64,000 nt of DNA, from assembly GCF_004010195.1 (NCBI RefSeq), contig NC_057757.1:7956458-8020457 (forward strand). The letters run 5' to 3'. This document shows, one piece after another, positions 27,040-39,000 of this stretch. The notes beneath the pieces were generated by a model. That model saw only the letters and a program-made list of their open reading frames with translations. It did no database searches and was not told where the DNA came from. The stretch's first letter is position 1; every line of letters starts with the position of its first letter. The DNA comes from Chiloscyllium plagiosum (Eukaryota). The translations under genes were made by a program, and so were the position numbers.

Positions 27040-27856
27040 CTGCAGAGAATTCAGGAGAGATCTGTCGGGATGTTGCCAAGTGCGGAAGGCTTGAGTTATA
27101 AGAAAAGGATGGATAAGCTGCGACTTTTTTCACTGGAGCATAGGAAGTCAGGGGCATGGATCGGATAAATAGACAAGGTCTTTTCCATGGGGTGGGGGAG
27201 ACCAGAACTAGAGAGCATAGGAGAGGGGAAGGGACCTCAGGGGTGACTTTTTCACACAGAGGGTGGTATGGAATGAGCTGCCAGAGGAGGTAGTGGAGGC
27301 TGGTACAATTACAACATTTAAGAGGCATCTGGATGGGTATATGAATAGGAAGGGTTTGGAGGGATATGGGCCGGGTGCTGGCAGGTGGGACTAGATTGGG
27401 TTGGGATATCGGGATGGAACGGGTTGGACCGAAGGGTCTGTTTCCGTGCTGTACACCCCTACGACTCTATGACTCTAAGTTGAGGGACGATCTTACGGAA
27501 GTTTAGAAAATCATGAGGGGGTATAGATAGGGATAATGGAGGTGACTTTTCCCTAGGATGGGGGATTGCAAGACTAGGGGTCACATTTTTAAGCTGAGAG
27601 GTGAGAGATTCAAAAAAGATACGAGGGGTAAATGTTTCACACAGAAGGTGGTTGGCGTGTGGAATGAACTTACTGAGGCAACGATGGGTGACGCTATGGT
27701 TACAACATTTAAAAGATATTTGGATGGATACATAAACAGGAAAGGTTTGGAGGGATCTGGGTCAGGAGCAAGCAGGGTGGCAGCAGTTCAGTTTGGGATT
27801 GTGTTAGGCACGGACTGGTTGGACTGAAGGGTCTCTTTCTGTGCTGGGTGACTCTG
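27040..27856 (+). mobile_element. Two adjacent CR1-type 3' fragments
   Basis: WNELPEEVVEAG-type ends; first tail ctctacgactctatgactcta at ~27460-27478. Confidence 0.85.
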
Positions 27857-28212
27857 CAAGAGAAGGTGGTGGAAGCTAGCGTGGCTTAAAGTGTGCGAAA
27901 CAACGCAATAAACAGGTCAGGAGACAATTCTGAAAGGAAATTACTGACCTAGGTCGGGTTTTGTTTTTTTGGATTGCCTGCACTTTGCACTGATGCTGTG
28001 TCGCAATGACTCATCTTGCAACCAAAACAGTTCTGTGGCTTGATCGAGCTGGAGAATACAATTACGCAGCCCTCAAAATTATTTAACTTGTGAAGAACCA
28101 CAGCGATAATTCACCCACGAGCTGTGCTCTCTCTGAAACAACAGCCACAGAATGTTTACATGAAGCCCGTGGGAAATGGTCCAAACCATCCCTCAGTCAT
28201 TGGAAAGGACAA

Positions 28213-28380
28213 TGTGTGTGTGTGTGTCTGTCTGTGTGTGTGTGTGTCTGTGTGTGCATGTGTGTGTGTGCGTGTGTCTGTGTGTGTGTTTGTGTGTCTG
28301 TGAGTGTGTGCATGTCTGTGTATGTCTGTGTGTGTGTGTCTGTGTGTGTGTCTGTGTGTGTGTGTGTGTGTGTGTGTCTC
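28213..28380. repeat. Compound (TG)n microsatellite
   Basis: Direct reading. Confidence 0.95.
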
Positions 28381-29761
28381 TCTAACAGATGGTGAAACCC
28401 CTGAGAGCTAGAAGCAGGGATGACATTCTGCTGACTCCCCCATTTGGCATTCCCCTTATCCATTCATCGTATTTGCCTCATTCTCCAAGAAGTCCCAGTT
28501 ACCACCTGAGCTTATCCAGTCTCTCTTCATTGCTGCCATGCTCCATCGCTGGCCCCATCCTGGTGAATCCCCTCTGCACCTTCTCCAGTGCCATCACATC
28601 CTTCTGTTAGTGAGAGGACCAGAAGACCATTCAGCACTAACCAACATTTCACACTCTGGATCGAAGCTATGCCGGTTGTACACAACAGGCTGACAGAAAC
28701 ACACAAGTTGTTAGTGTGCGGAGGGAGGCCATTCATCCCACTGTTTCTTTACTGGCTCTGGGAGCCTCTTCATTCCCTGCCAACACCACGTCTTTCACCC
28801 TGTGACCCTGCACGCTCTTTCTGTGTAAGAAACCATCGAGGGCCCCTCGTGAATGCCTCAGCTGAACCTGCCTTCACCACATTTCCAGGCAACGCGTTCC
28901 AGACCCTGGTGTCAGAGACTTGAAATCTGACAACAAAAAACAAAACTGCAGAAAGTTGGAGATGTGAAACAAGCGGAAACTGAAATCTGCTCGGAGAAAC
29001 TCAGCAGCTCTGACAGTGTGGGTGGAGAGACAAACAGTGTGAATGTTTCGAGTCCTGTGACTCTCCTCACTCGGGATGTGCTTCTGTGTTTTGGGTGTGT
29101 GTAAACTCAGTGGAAACTATTTTGTCACAAAGTGACCGGCTGAAGGTGTATATAAAACAGTTACAGTGAATTTGATGTGATAAAGTGAATTATTTACCAG
29201 TTAACAGAGTATAGTTGAACAGGGTTTTGTGCTGTGTAAATGTCTTGTGGTTGATTAAGCGATATTAAAGGTACAAGAGCAGCTGAAAAGCCTGACAATC
29301 TGACCTGAAGATAAAATTTATTGAAGACCAAGAGATAAGACATTTTATGAGTGGGAACAGTTTCCCCCCGAACCACTCCGTTCAGATCCTTCAAGACTTT
29401 GAGAAACACCGATCAAATCTCCCTTCTCCTTCCCAAAAAACACAGTCCTTACATCTCCCAACATCTTCATGGCTGACGTTTTTTTATCGCTGGAACCACT
29501 CTACTGCACCCTCTCCAATGTGACAGCCACAATACTCCAGCTGAGATCTAACCAGGTTCATCTCAACCTCCCCATTGTTGTGTCCAATATCCTTGTTAAT
29601 AAAGCCATTGCTTGCCTTATTAGCATCTCTTTCAGTCCTGGTATCTGGAATAAATGATGTACATGTGCACTCAGGTCTCTCACCCTATACATCTTTTAAT
29701 ACAGTGCATATTACCCTCATACCATGTTCTTTTTTATCAAAATGCATTCTTTCATACTTCT

Positions 29762-29836
29762 GTGTAAGAGTGTGTCTGTATGTGTGTGTCTGTGTGTGTC
29801 GTGTAAATGTGTCTGTCTGTGTGTGTGTGTGTGTCT
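29762..29836. repeat. Degenerate (TG)n microsatellite
   Basis: Direct reading. Confidence 0.85.
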
Positions 29837-30019
29837 TCGACTGCCTTTCAGCTCAGTTTGCCAACTTGTCAATGTTTTGGTGTTCCACACAGCCCGAATT
29901 TTCAGTTTCTAATTCTCCCAAGTTTTGTATCATCTGAAAAGTTTGTCTTGACCCTTGCTCACCAAGATAACAAGGGTCCCAGCACCTCCAGCTACAAATC
30001 TTCCTCCATCCTGAAACAT

Positions 30020-30830
30020 ATCTAGCAGCCACGAGGGATATAGATCAATTGCAGATATGGGCGCAGATGGAGTTTGATCCAGTGCTGCACTTTGGGAGAT
30101 CAGATGTGAAGGAAAATTGTACTGTTTGTGGTGAAGCCCCAAGCAGCATTGATGTACAGAGGGATCTTAGGGGCTCAAGTCCATAGCTCTCTGAAAGTGG
30201 CCGCCCAACTGAATAGAATAGTGAAGAAGGCTTCTTGCCTTTATTGGTCAGGGAACTGAGTAGAATGGTCAGGATGTCATGTTGCAAGAATTTGGTTAGG
30301 CCACACTTGTGTTCAATTCTGGACACCGCATTACAGGAAGGATGTGGAAGCTTTGAAGAGGGTGCAGAAGAGGCTTACCAGGACGCTGCCTGGATGAGAG
30401 AGGATGAGCTGTAAGAAGAAGCTCATAAAGTTGGGGTTGTTTTCTCTGAAGCGGTGGAGAGGGGCTGAGGGGAGACTTGATAGAGGTCTACAAAATTATG
30501 GGAAGCGTGGAAAAGGCTGACAGTCAGAAACCTTTTGCGCAGAGAGGGAATGTCTAAGACGAGGGGGTTTGCATTTAAGAAGAGGGGGGGGAAGTTCAAA
30601 GGAGATGTGAGGGTCAGGTTTTTTGAGACTGAGAATCTTGAACACACAGCCAAGGGGTAGTAATGGAGACAGATACAATCGAGACTTTTAGATAAAGACA
30701 TGAAGATGCAAGGGACAGAGGGATATGGAGCAAGGCCAGGCAGAAGGGATTACTTTAATTTGGCATCACGTTTGGCTTGTAGGCCGAAGGGCCTGTCCCT
30801 GTGCTGTACAGTTCCATGCTCTGTGTACTC
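30020..30830 (+). mobile_element. Old CR1-type LINE 3' fragment
   Basis: Degenerate ttggttaggccacac...gttcaattctgg...ggctgaggggagacttgatagagg. Confidence 0.8.
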
Positions 30831-31169
30831 TCTGTTTCCAATCCCTTGGTCAATTTTGAATCTGCATTGCTGCTTTTATTCCATATCTCATAACTTGCTG
30901 CAGAAGTCTATTGTGTGGCACTGTATCCAACCTGTTCTGGAGGTCCATGTACACCACATCAGCAACATTACCCTCATCCACCCTCGCTCCATTAACCCAC
31001 CCTCCCCCCAACAAAAGTCTCCGGCAATTTAGTTGGACGCAATTTTCCCTGAACAAATCCACGCCATCCCTTCTGAATTAATCTGCGTTTTTCCAACTGG
31101 TTATGAATTTGATCCTGAATGGACGTTTCTTGTCAGGAAGACTAGGGTGAGGAATACCAACTGAGATTC

Positions 31170-31970
31170 AATTGTTACCGCTGGATATTCCAGTGAACGC
31201 CATTTCCAGACCTACCTGCTCTGGTGGAAAACCAGTGAAGAGATTGTGTTTCCGACAGAATAGATTAGATTCCCTACTGTGTGGAAACAGGCCCTTCGGC
31301 CCAACAGGTCCACACCGACCCGCCGAAGAGTAACCCACCCAGTCCCATTTCCCTCTGAATAATGCACCTAACACTGTGGGCAATTTGGCGTGGCCAATTC
31401 ACCCTGACCTGCACGTCTTTGGACTGTGGGAGGAAACCGGAGCAAACCCACGCAGACACGGGGAGAATGTGCAAACTCCACACAGACAGTCGCCCGAGGC
31501 TGGGATCGAACCTGGGACCATGGTGCTGTGAGGCAGCAGTGCCAACCACTGAGCCCATAAGCTCTCGAGAGGACGGGTCCTACATGATGCCAGACAGTGG
31601 TCCCTCGGTTGTACATAATCTACATTGGAAGCAGTCCCACAGCTATGTCATTAGGGCTGCTGGCAATGTGGACTTGTTTTTTTAAATATCGACTTTAGCA
31701 AGTTCCACAGCACCTGGTGAGGCAAGACCACAAAAGCAGAATCGAGTGGTTACTGGAAACTGGAACAGAAACACCTCAAAGACAAGCAATATTGACATTA
31801 TCCAGGGTGATGCCCATCAGTCTCCATCAGCTCTACGTGCTCCCTCTCGATTAAAACTAACAATGTCTAGTGTTGTGCCTATGCCAGACACACCACGGCA
31901 GGTTTGGTTCTAAGTCCAACTCCTCAAAAAATCAAACTCCCGAGAAGTTAAAACATCGTCGTTGAAGGAA
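31170..31970 (+). mobile_element. Very old RTE-like LINE fragment interrupted by an HE1 SINE (31261-31556, minus)
   Basis: Translation across the SINE ends ...NIDIIQGDAHQSPSALRAPSRLKLTMSSVVPMPDTPRQVWF, loosely resembling RTE ...GHVVRMPDTRLPKQ. Confidence 0.5.
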
Positions 31971-32004
31971 CACTGAAGGGGAGGGTGAGCATGGAATCAC
32001 AGGC

Positions 32005-32580
32005 ATATACAAGCAGGAGTAGGCCATCCAACTCCTGTACCCACTTTCTCCCTGCACCCTTCGGTACCTCTCGCCCCAAGTGCTATGTCTAACACCTCCA
32101 ATGTCTTGAACTTGGCTGCTTTCTGTCGCAGTGAATCCCACAGATCCACCACTCTCAGGGCGGAAAAATCTCTACTGATCTCACTGCAAAATGGCCCACC
32201 CCACATCTTTAGACTGCATCCCCTGGTTCCTAACTCAACTGGTCATCAGGAACAGCCTTCCTGTCTAGTTCTGACTGGATTCCGTAGCTTCCTGTGGGAT
32301 GTCCCCCTCGTTCTTCTGAACTCCAGTGAATATAGTTCCTAATCGATTCAATCTCTCCTCATACATCAGTCCTGAAATCCTAGGAGTCGGGCTGGAAAAC
32401 TTTCATTCCCCTCTCTGAACAGCCAGAACATCCTTCCTTAGATACGGAGAATGTAACTGCACACAATACCCCAGGAGTGGCCTCAGCAAGACCCTGATAC
32501 AACTGCAGCAAGGCATTCCTGCCTCTGTCCTTGAATCCTCTCGCTATGAAGGCCAACGTACCACCGACCTTCCTCACTGC
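32005..32580 (-). mobile_element. CR1-type LINE 3' fragment
   Basis: LAFIARGF...LLQLYQ; RVVDLWDSL. Confidence 0.82.
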
Positions 32581-33279
32581 CCGTCAGGGCCACCCATGAC
32601 TGAGCAACATAAAATGGCCGATGACATTCCCTGACAAGCTTTGCAGAACATGGCTGACGGAAGTTAGAGAGTGTGGAAAAACCCTGCTGAATGTCGTCTC
32701 AGTAAGTAAAACAACGGCCTCTCTGTCTTAAGTAAATTCAGTTCTGCTGGAAGGCGCGCTTCTTCAATGCGAATTGGCTGAAACACGAATGAAGAATTTA
32801 GACTACTATTTATGAACTCTCCTTACCTGTATTGGCTAGAACGCGATTCTGACCCCATTAGTTTAAATGGGGCGGTTATTGTGCAATTTACTTATAATGC
32901 ACGATCACACGACAACAGAATTATCGCGTTATATCAGAACCGTACTGAATTATTGAATCATAGAACCCCGACAGTGTGGAAACAGGCCATTTGGCCCAAC
33001 AGGTTCACACTGACCATCTGAAGAGTATCCCACCCAGACCCATTCCCCTATCCATTGCTCTATATTTACCCCTGACTAATGCACGACTCTACGGTAGAAT
33101 GAACTGGGGCAGTTGCCAACTTAGGCCCAAACATTTTACTCTGATTAATTGTGTCTATTCGGCCTTTTAGACAATCTGTTCTCATATTACCAGGAGGTTT
33201 GAGGTAAGTTTAAAAGTCCGTGTCTCTCTTACATCCTGGTATCCCGGCCACTATGACTAGAATGTAAGAGTTGCTTGGT

Positions 33280-33710
33280 ATAGAGTCATAGAGATGTCCA
33301 GCATGGAAACAGACCCTTCGGTCCACCCATGCTAAGCAGGTATCCTAACTTCATCTCGCTATGAAGACCAATCCACCAGCACCCAGTACACATCCCTCTA
33401 AACCCTTCCTATTCATATACCCATCCAGATGCCTTTTAAATGATGTCCACCACTTCCTCTGGCAGCTCATTCCACACATGCACCACTGTCTGTGAAAAAG
33501 TTTATATCTTTCCCCTCTCACCCTAAACCTATGCCCTCCAGTTCTGGACTCACCCACCCCTTGTCTAATTACCCTATCCATGCCCCTCATGATTTTATAA
33601 ACCTCTATAAGGTCACCCCTCCCACACTCCAGGGAAAACAGCCCCAGCCTGCTCAGCCTCTCCCTGTAGCTCAAACCCTCCAATGTTGGCAACGTCCCTG
33701 TGAATCTCTG
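33280..33710 (-). mobile_element. CR1-type LINE 3' fragment
   Basis: LEGLSYRERLSRLGLFSLE...GDLIEVYKIM. Confidence 0.88.
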
Positions 33711-34472
33711 GGAGTAGCAGAATATCCATTTAAAGTAAAACAGCCCAATCAGAACAGAGCAGCAAACAAGTAGTGAATACAGAGCGATGTACCAAGGACC
33801 CAATCACAGTTGGACAACCCAGCGTTAATGGTATACACTGGGAGCTGGGGATTGTGGGAGTGGGGACTGGGGGAGAAGGACAGACTGTCCTGATCAGAAG
33901 GTGTGTCAGGGTGGATAGAGAGCCAGACGGGGCAGAGGGACTGGCAGCCTTAGAGTGACCGGAGGGTGGGATAGATGTGGGGCTTGCTGGGAGGGTCTGT
34001 GTCTTAAGCATTGGTTCTTTATGTAGTTGGACTGTCCTGTACGTACTTACTGGTTTGTAACAAAGGAAACTGGGATTTGAGGTTCCTGGTTTCCCTGAAA
34101 ACTGGTTGAATGGTAGGGCTTGGGGCCTGGCTTTGCTGCTCCTCTCCCTGGTAAAATTGCTGTTTCTCTGTGTCCAGCTGTTACTGTGAATTGTTTGGCA
34201 AACTGTGAATTGTTTAATCAAATAAAGCGAATCTGTTGACATTGAGTTGGAGTGCACTTTGCCAACTTTAAGGGCATTTAACTGGTCATTGGATAGCCAT
34301 ATGGACGAGAATGGAATAGTGTAGGATAGGTGGGCTTCCCGTTGCTTTCACAGGTCGGGGGTAACATCGAGGGCCGAAGGGTCTGTACTGCACTGGAACG
34401 TTCCCTGTTCTAGAATGCAGCCCTGCGTGGGCTGTCTCGAATGCCTCCACTAAAAAGGTCCAGGTGAACACT

Positions 34473-35545
34473 TGGATAAACTACCACATTCCTGACCTCT
34501 GCTCCCTCCGGATAAACTATGACATTCCTGACCTCTGCTCTCTCCGGATAAACTACCACGTTCCTGACCTCTGCTCCCTCCGGATAAACGATGACATTCC
34601 TGACCTCTGCTCTCTCCAGATAAATTTGCACGTTCCTGACCTCTGCTCTCTCCGGATAAACTACCACGTTCCTGACCTCTGCTCCCTCCGAATAAACTAT
34701 GACATTCCTGACCTCTGCTCTCTCCGGATAAATTTGCACGTTCCTGACCTCTGCTCCCACCGGATAAACTACCAAGTTCCTGACCTCTGCTCCCTCCGGA
34801 TAAACTATCACGTTCCTGACCTCTGCTCTCTCTGGATAAACTACCACGTTCCTGACCTCTGCTCCCTCCGGATAAACTACCACGTTCCTGACCTCTGCTC
34901 TTTCTGGATAAACTACCACGTTCCTGACCTCTGCTCTCTCTGGATAAACTACCAAGTTCCTGACCTGTGCTCCCTCCGGATAAACTACCACATTCCTGAC
35001 CTCTGCTCTCTCTGGATAAACTCCCACGTTCCTGACCTCTGCTCCCTCCGGATAAACTACCACGTTCCTGACCTCTGCTCTCTCCGGATAAACTATGACA
35101 TTCCTGACCTCTGCTCTCCCCAGATAAATTCGCACGTTCCTGACGTCTGCTCTCTCTGGATAAACTACCACGTTCCTGACCTCTGCTCTCTCCGGATAAA
35201 CTACCACGTTCCTGACCTCTGCTCCCTCCGGATAAACTATGACATTCCTGACCTCTGCTCTCTCTGGATAAACTACCACGTTCCTGACTCTGCTCCCTCC
35301 GGATAAACTATGACATTCCTGACCTCTGCTCTCTCCGGATAAACTACCACATTCCTGACCTCTGCTTCCTCCGGATAAACTATGACATTCCTGACCTCTG
35401 CTCTCTCCGGATAAACTACCACGTGCCTGACCTGTGCTCCCACTGGATAAACTACCACGTTCCTGACCTCTGCTCTCTCCGGACAAACTATGACATTCCT
35501 GACCTCTGCTCCCTCCGGATAATCTACCACGTTCCTGACCTCTGC
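34473..35545. repeat. 36-bp minisatellite, ~30 copies, runs into an assembly gap
   Basis: Unit gttcctgacctctgctc(t/c)ctccggataaactaccac, with recurring variants (ctatgac, atttgcac). Confidence 0.97.
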
Positions 35546-36045
35546 NNNNNNNNNNNNNNNNNNNNNNNNNNNNNNNNNNNNNNNNNNNNNNNNNNNNNNN
35601 NNNNNNNNNNNNNNNNNNNNNNNNNNNNNNNNNNNNNNNNNNNNNNNNNNNNNNNNNNNNNNNNNNNNNNNNNNNNNNNNNNNNNNNNNNNNNNNNNNNN
35701 NNNNNNNNNNNNNNNNNNNNNNNNNNNNNNNNNNNNNNNNNNNNNNNNNNNNNNNNNNNNNNNNNNNNNNNNNNNNNNNNNNNNNNNNNNNNNNNNNNNN
35801 NNNNNNNNNNNNNNNNNNNNNNNNNNNNNNNNNNNNNNNNNNNNNNNNNNNNNNNNNNNNNNNNNNNNNNNNNNNNNNNNNNNNNNNNNNNNNNNNNNNN
35901 NNNNNNNNNNNNNNNNNNNNNNNNNNNNNNNNNNNNNNNNNNNNNNNNNNNNNNNNNNNNNNNNNNNNNNNNNNNNNNNNNNNNNNNNNNNNNNNNNNNN
36001 NNNNNNNNNNNNNNNNNNNNNNNNNNNNNNNNNNNNNNNNNNNNN
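35546..36045. other. Assembly gap between the two minisatellites
   Basis: 500 N. Confidence 1.
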
Positions 36046-39000
36046 AGCTGCTCAATACATCTCTCTCAGAAAGCTGCTCTCTGTACAGGACCTCACACAG
36101 GAACCTGCTCAATGTATCTCCCTCAGAAAGCTGCTCTCTGTACAGGACCTCACACAGGATGCTGCTCAATGTATCACCCTCAAAAAGATGCTGTCTGTGC
36201 AGGACCTCACACAGGAAGCTGTTCTATATATCTCTCTCAGAACGCTACTGTCTGTACAGGACCTCACACAGAAAGCTGTTCAATGTACTCAGAAAGCTGC
36301 TCTGAACATGACCTCACACAGGAAGCTGCTCAAAGTATCTCCCTCAGAAAGCTGCTGTCTGTACAGGACGTCACATAGGAACCTGCTCAATGTATCTCCC
36401 TCAAAAAGATGCTGTCTGTGCAGGACCTCACACAGGAAGCTGCTCAATATATCTCTCTCAGGAAGCTGCTCTTTGTACAGGACCTCACACAGGAAGCTGT
36501 TCAATGTATCTCCCTCAGAAAGCTGCTGTTTGTACACGAGCTCACACAGGAAGCTGTTCAATGTACCTCCCTCACAAAGCTGCTCTGAACCTCTCACAGG
36601 AATCTGCTCAATGTATCTCCCTCAGAAAGCTGCTGTCTGTACAGAACCTCACACATGCAGCTGCTCAATATATCTCTCTCAGAAAGCATCTCTCTGTACA
36701 GGACCTCTCACAGGACGTTGCTCAATGCATCTCCCTCAGAAAGCTGCTCTCTGTACAGGACCTTACACAGGAAGCTGCTCAATGTATCTCCCTCTGAACG
36801 CTGCTCTTTGTGCAGGACCTCTCATGAAGCTGCTAAGTGTATCTCCCTCAGGAAGCTGCTGTCTGTACAGGACCTCACACAGGAAGCTGCTCAAAGTATC
36901 TCCCTCAGAAAGCTGCTATCTTTACAGGACCTCACACAGGAAGCTGCTCAATCTATCTCCCTCAGAAAGCTGCTCTTTGTATCGGACCTCACACAGGAAG
37001 CTGCTCAATGTATCTCCCTCAGAAAGCTGCTGTCTTTACAGGACCTCTCGCAGGAATCTGCTCAATGTATCCCCCTCAGAAAGCTGCTGTCTGTCCAGGA
37101 CCTGACACAGGAAGCTGCTCAATATATCTCCCTCAGAAAGCTGCTGTGTGTGCAGGACCGCACACAGGAAACTGCTCAATGTATCTCTCTCAGAAAGATG
37201 CTCTCTGTGCAGGACCTCACACAGGAAGCTGCTCAATGTATCTCACTCAGAAAGACGCTCTCTGTGCAGGACCTCACACAGGAAGCTGCTCAATACATCT
37301 CCCTCAGAAAGTTGCTCTCTGTGTCAGACCTCACACAGGAAGGTGCTCAATGTATCTCCCTCAGAAAGCTGCTGTCTGTGCAGGACCTCTCACAGGAAGC
37401 TGCTCAAAGTATCTCCCTCAGGAAGCTGCTCTTTGTACAGGACCTCACACAGGAAGCTGCTCAATGTATCTCTCTCAGAAAGCTGCTGTCTCTACAGGAC
37501 CTCACATAGGAAACTGTTCAATGTATCTCTCTCAGAAAGACGCTCTCTATGCAGGACCTCACACAGGAAGCTGCTCAATACAACTCCCTCAGAAAGTTGC
37601 TCTCTGTGTCGGACCTCACACAGGAAGCTGCTTAATGTATCTCTCTCAGAAAGCTGCTCTCTGTGCAGGACCTCACACAGGAAGCTGCTCAATGTATCTC
37701 TCTCAGAAAGACGCTCTCTATGCAGGACCTCACACAGGAAGCTGCTCAATACAACTCCCTCAGAAAGTTGCTCTCTGTGTCGGACCTCACACAGGAAGCT
37801 GCTTAATGTATCTCTCTCAGAAAGCTGCTCTCTGTAGAGGACCTCACACAGGAAGCTGCTCAATATATCTCCCTCAGAAAGCTGCTTTCTGTGCAGGAAC
37901 TCACACAGGAAGCTGCGCAATATATCTCTCTCAGAAAGCTGCCATCTGTACAGGACCTCACACAGGAAGCTGCTCAATATATCTCTCTCGGAAACCTGCT
38001 GTCTGTACAGGACCTCACACAGGAAGCTACTCAATGTATCTCCCTCAGGAAACTGCTCTTTGTACAGGACCTCACACAGGGAGCTGCTCAATGTATCTCC
38101 CTGAGAAAGCTGCTCTCTGTACAGGACATCACACAGGAAGCTGCTCAATTTATCTCCCTCAGAAAGTTGCTCTCTGTACAGGACCTCACACAGGAAGCTG
38201 CTCAATATATCTCTCTCAGAAAGCAGCTGTCTGTACAGGACCTCTTGCAGGAATCTGCTCAATGTATCTCCCTCAGAAAGCTGCTCTCTGAACAGTTCCT
38301 CTCACAGGAAGCTGCTCAATGTATCTCTCTCAGAAAGCTGCTCTCTGTACAGGTCCTCACACAGGAAGCTGCTCAATGTTTCTCCCTCAGAAAGCTGCTC
38401 TCTGTATAGGAACTTACACAGCAAGCTGCTCAATGTATCTCCCTCAGAAAGCTGCTCTCTGAACAGTTCCTCTCACAGGAAGCTGCTCAATGTATCTCTC
38501 TCAGAAAGCTGCTCTCTGTATCTCCCTCAGAAAGCTGCTGTCTGTACAGTACCTCACACAGGAAGCTGCTCAATGTATCTCCCTCAAAAAGCTGCTGTCT
38601 GTACAGGACATCACGCAGGAAGTTGCTCAATATATCTCTCTCAGAAAGCTGCTGTTTGTCCAGAATCTCTCACAGGAAGCTGCTCAATGTCTCTCCCTCA
38701 AGAAGCTGCGGTCTGTACAGGACCTCACACAGGACGCTGCTCAATGTATCTCTCTCAGAAAGATGCTCTCTGTGCAGAACCTCACACAGGAATCTGCTCA
38801 ATATATCTCCCTCAGAAAGCTGATGCCTGTACACACCTCTCACAGGAATCTGCTCAATGTATCTCCCTCAGAAAGCTGCTCTCTGTACAGGACCTCACAC
38901 AGGAAGCTGCTCAATATATCTCTCTCAGAAAGCTGCTGTCTGCACAGGACCTCACAGGAAGCTGCTCAATATATCTCTCTCAGAAAGCTGCTGTCTGTAC

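Noticed and set aside
29149..29157. TATATAAAA motif
   Set aside because: No associated downstream exon or ORF identified.
31699..31901. Open plus-strand exon-like stretch (...PGEARPQKQNRVV...MPDTPRQ)
   Set aside because: In frame with upstream stop-interrupted sequence and resembles a decayed RTE LINE ORF.
34051..34147. 97-nt minus-strand exon-like segment (ttttaccag|...CCA|gtaagt)
   Set aside because: Weak pyrimidine tract, no partner exon, and it overlaps the better-supported plus-strand candidate.
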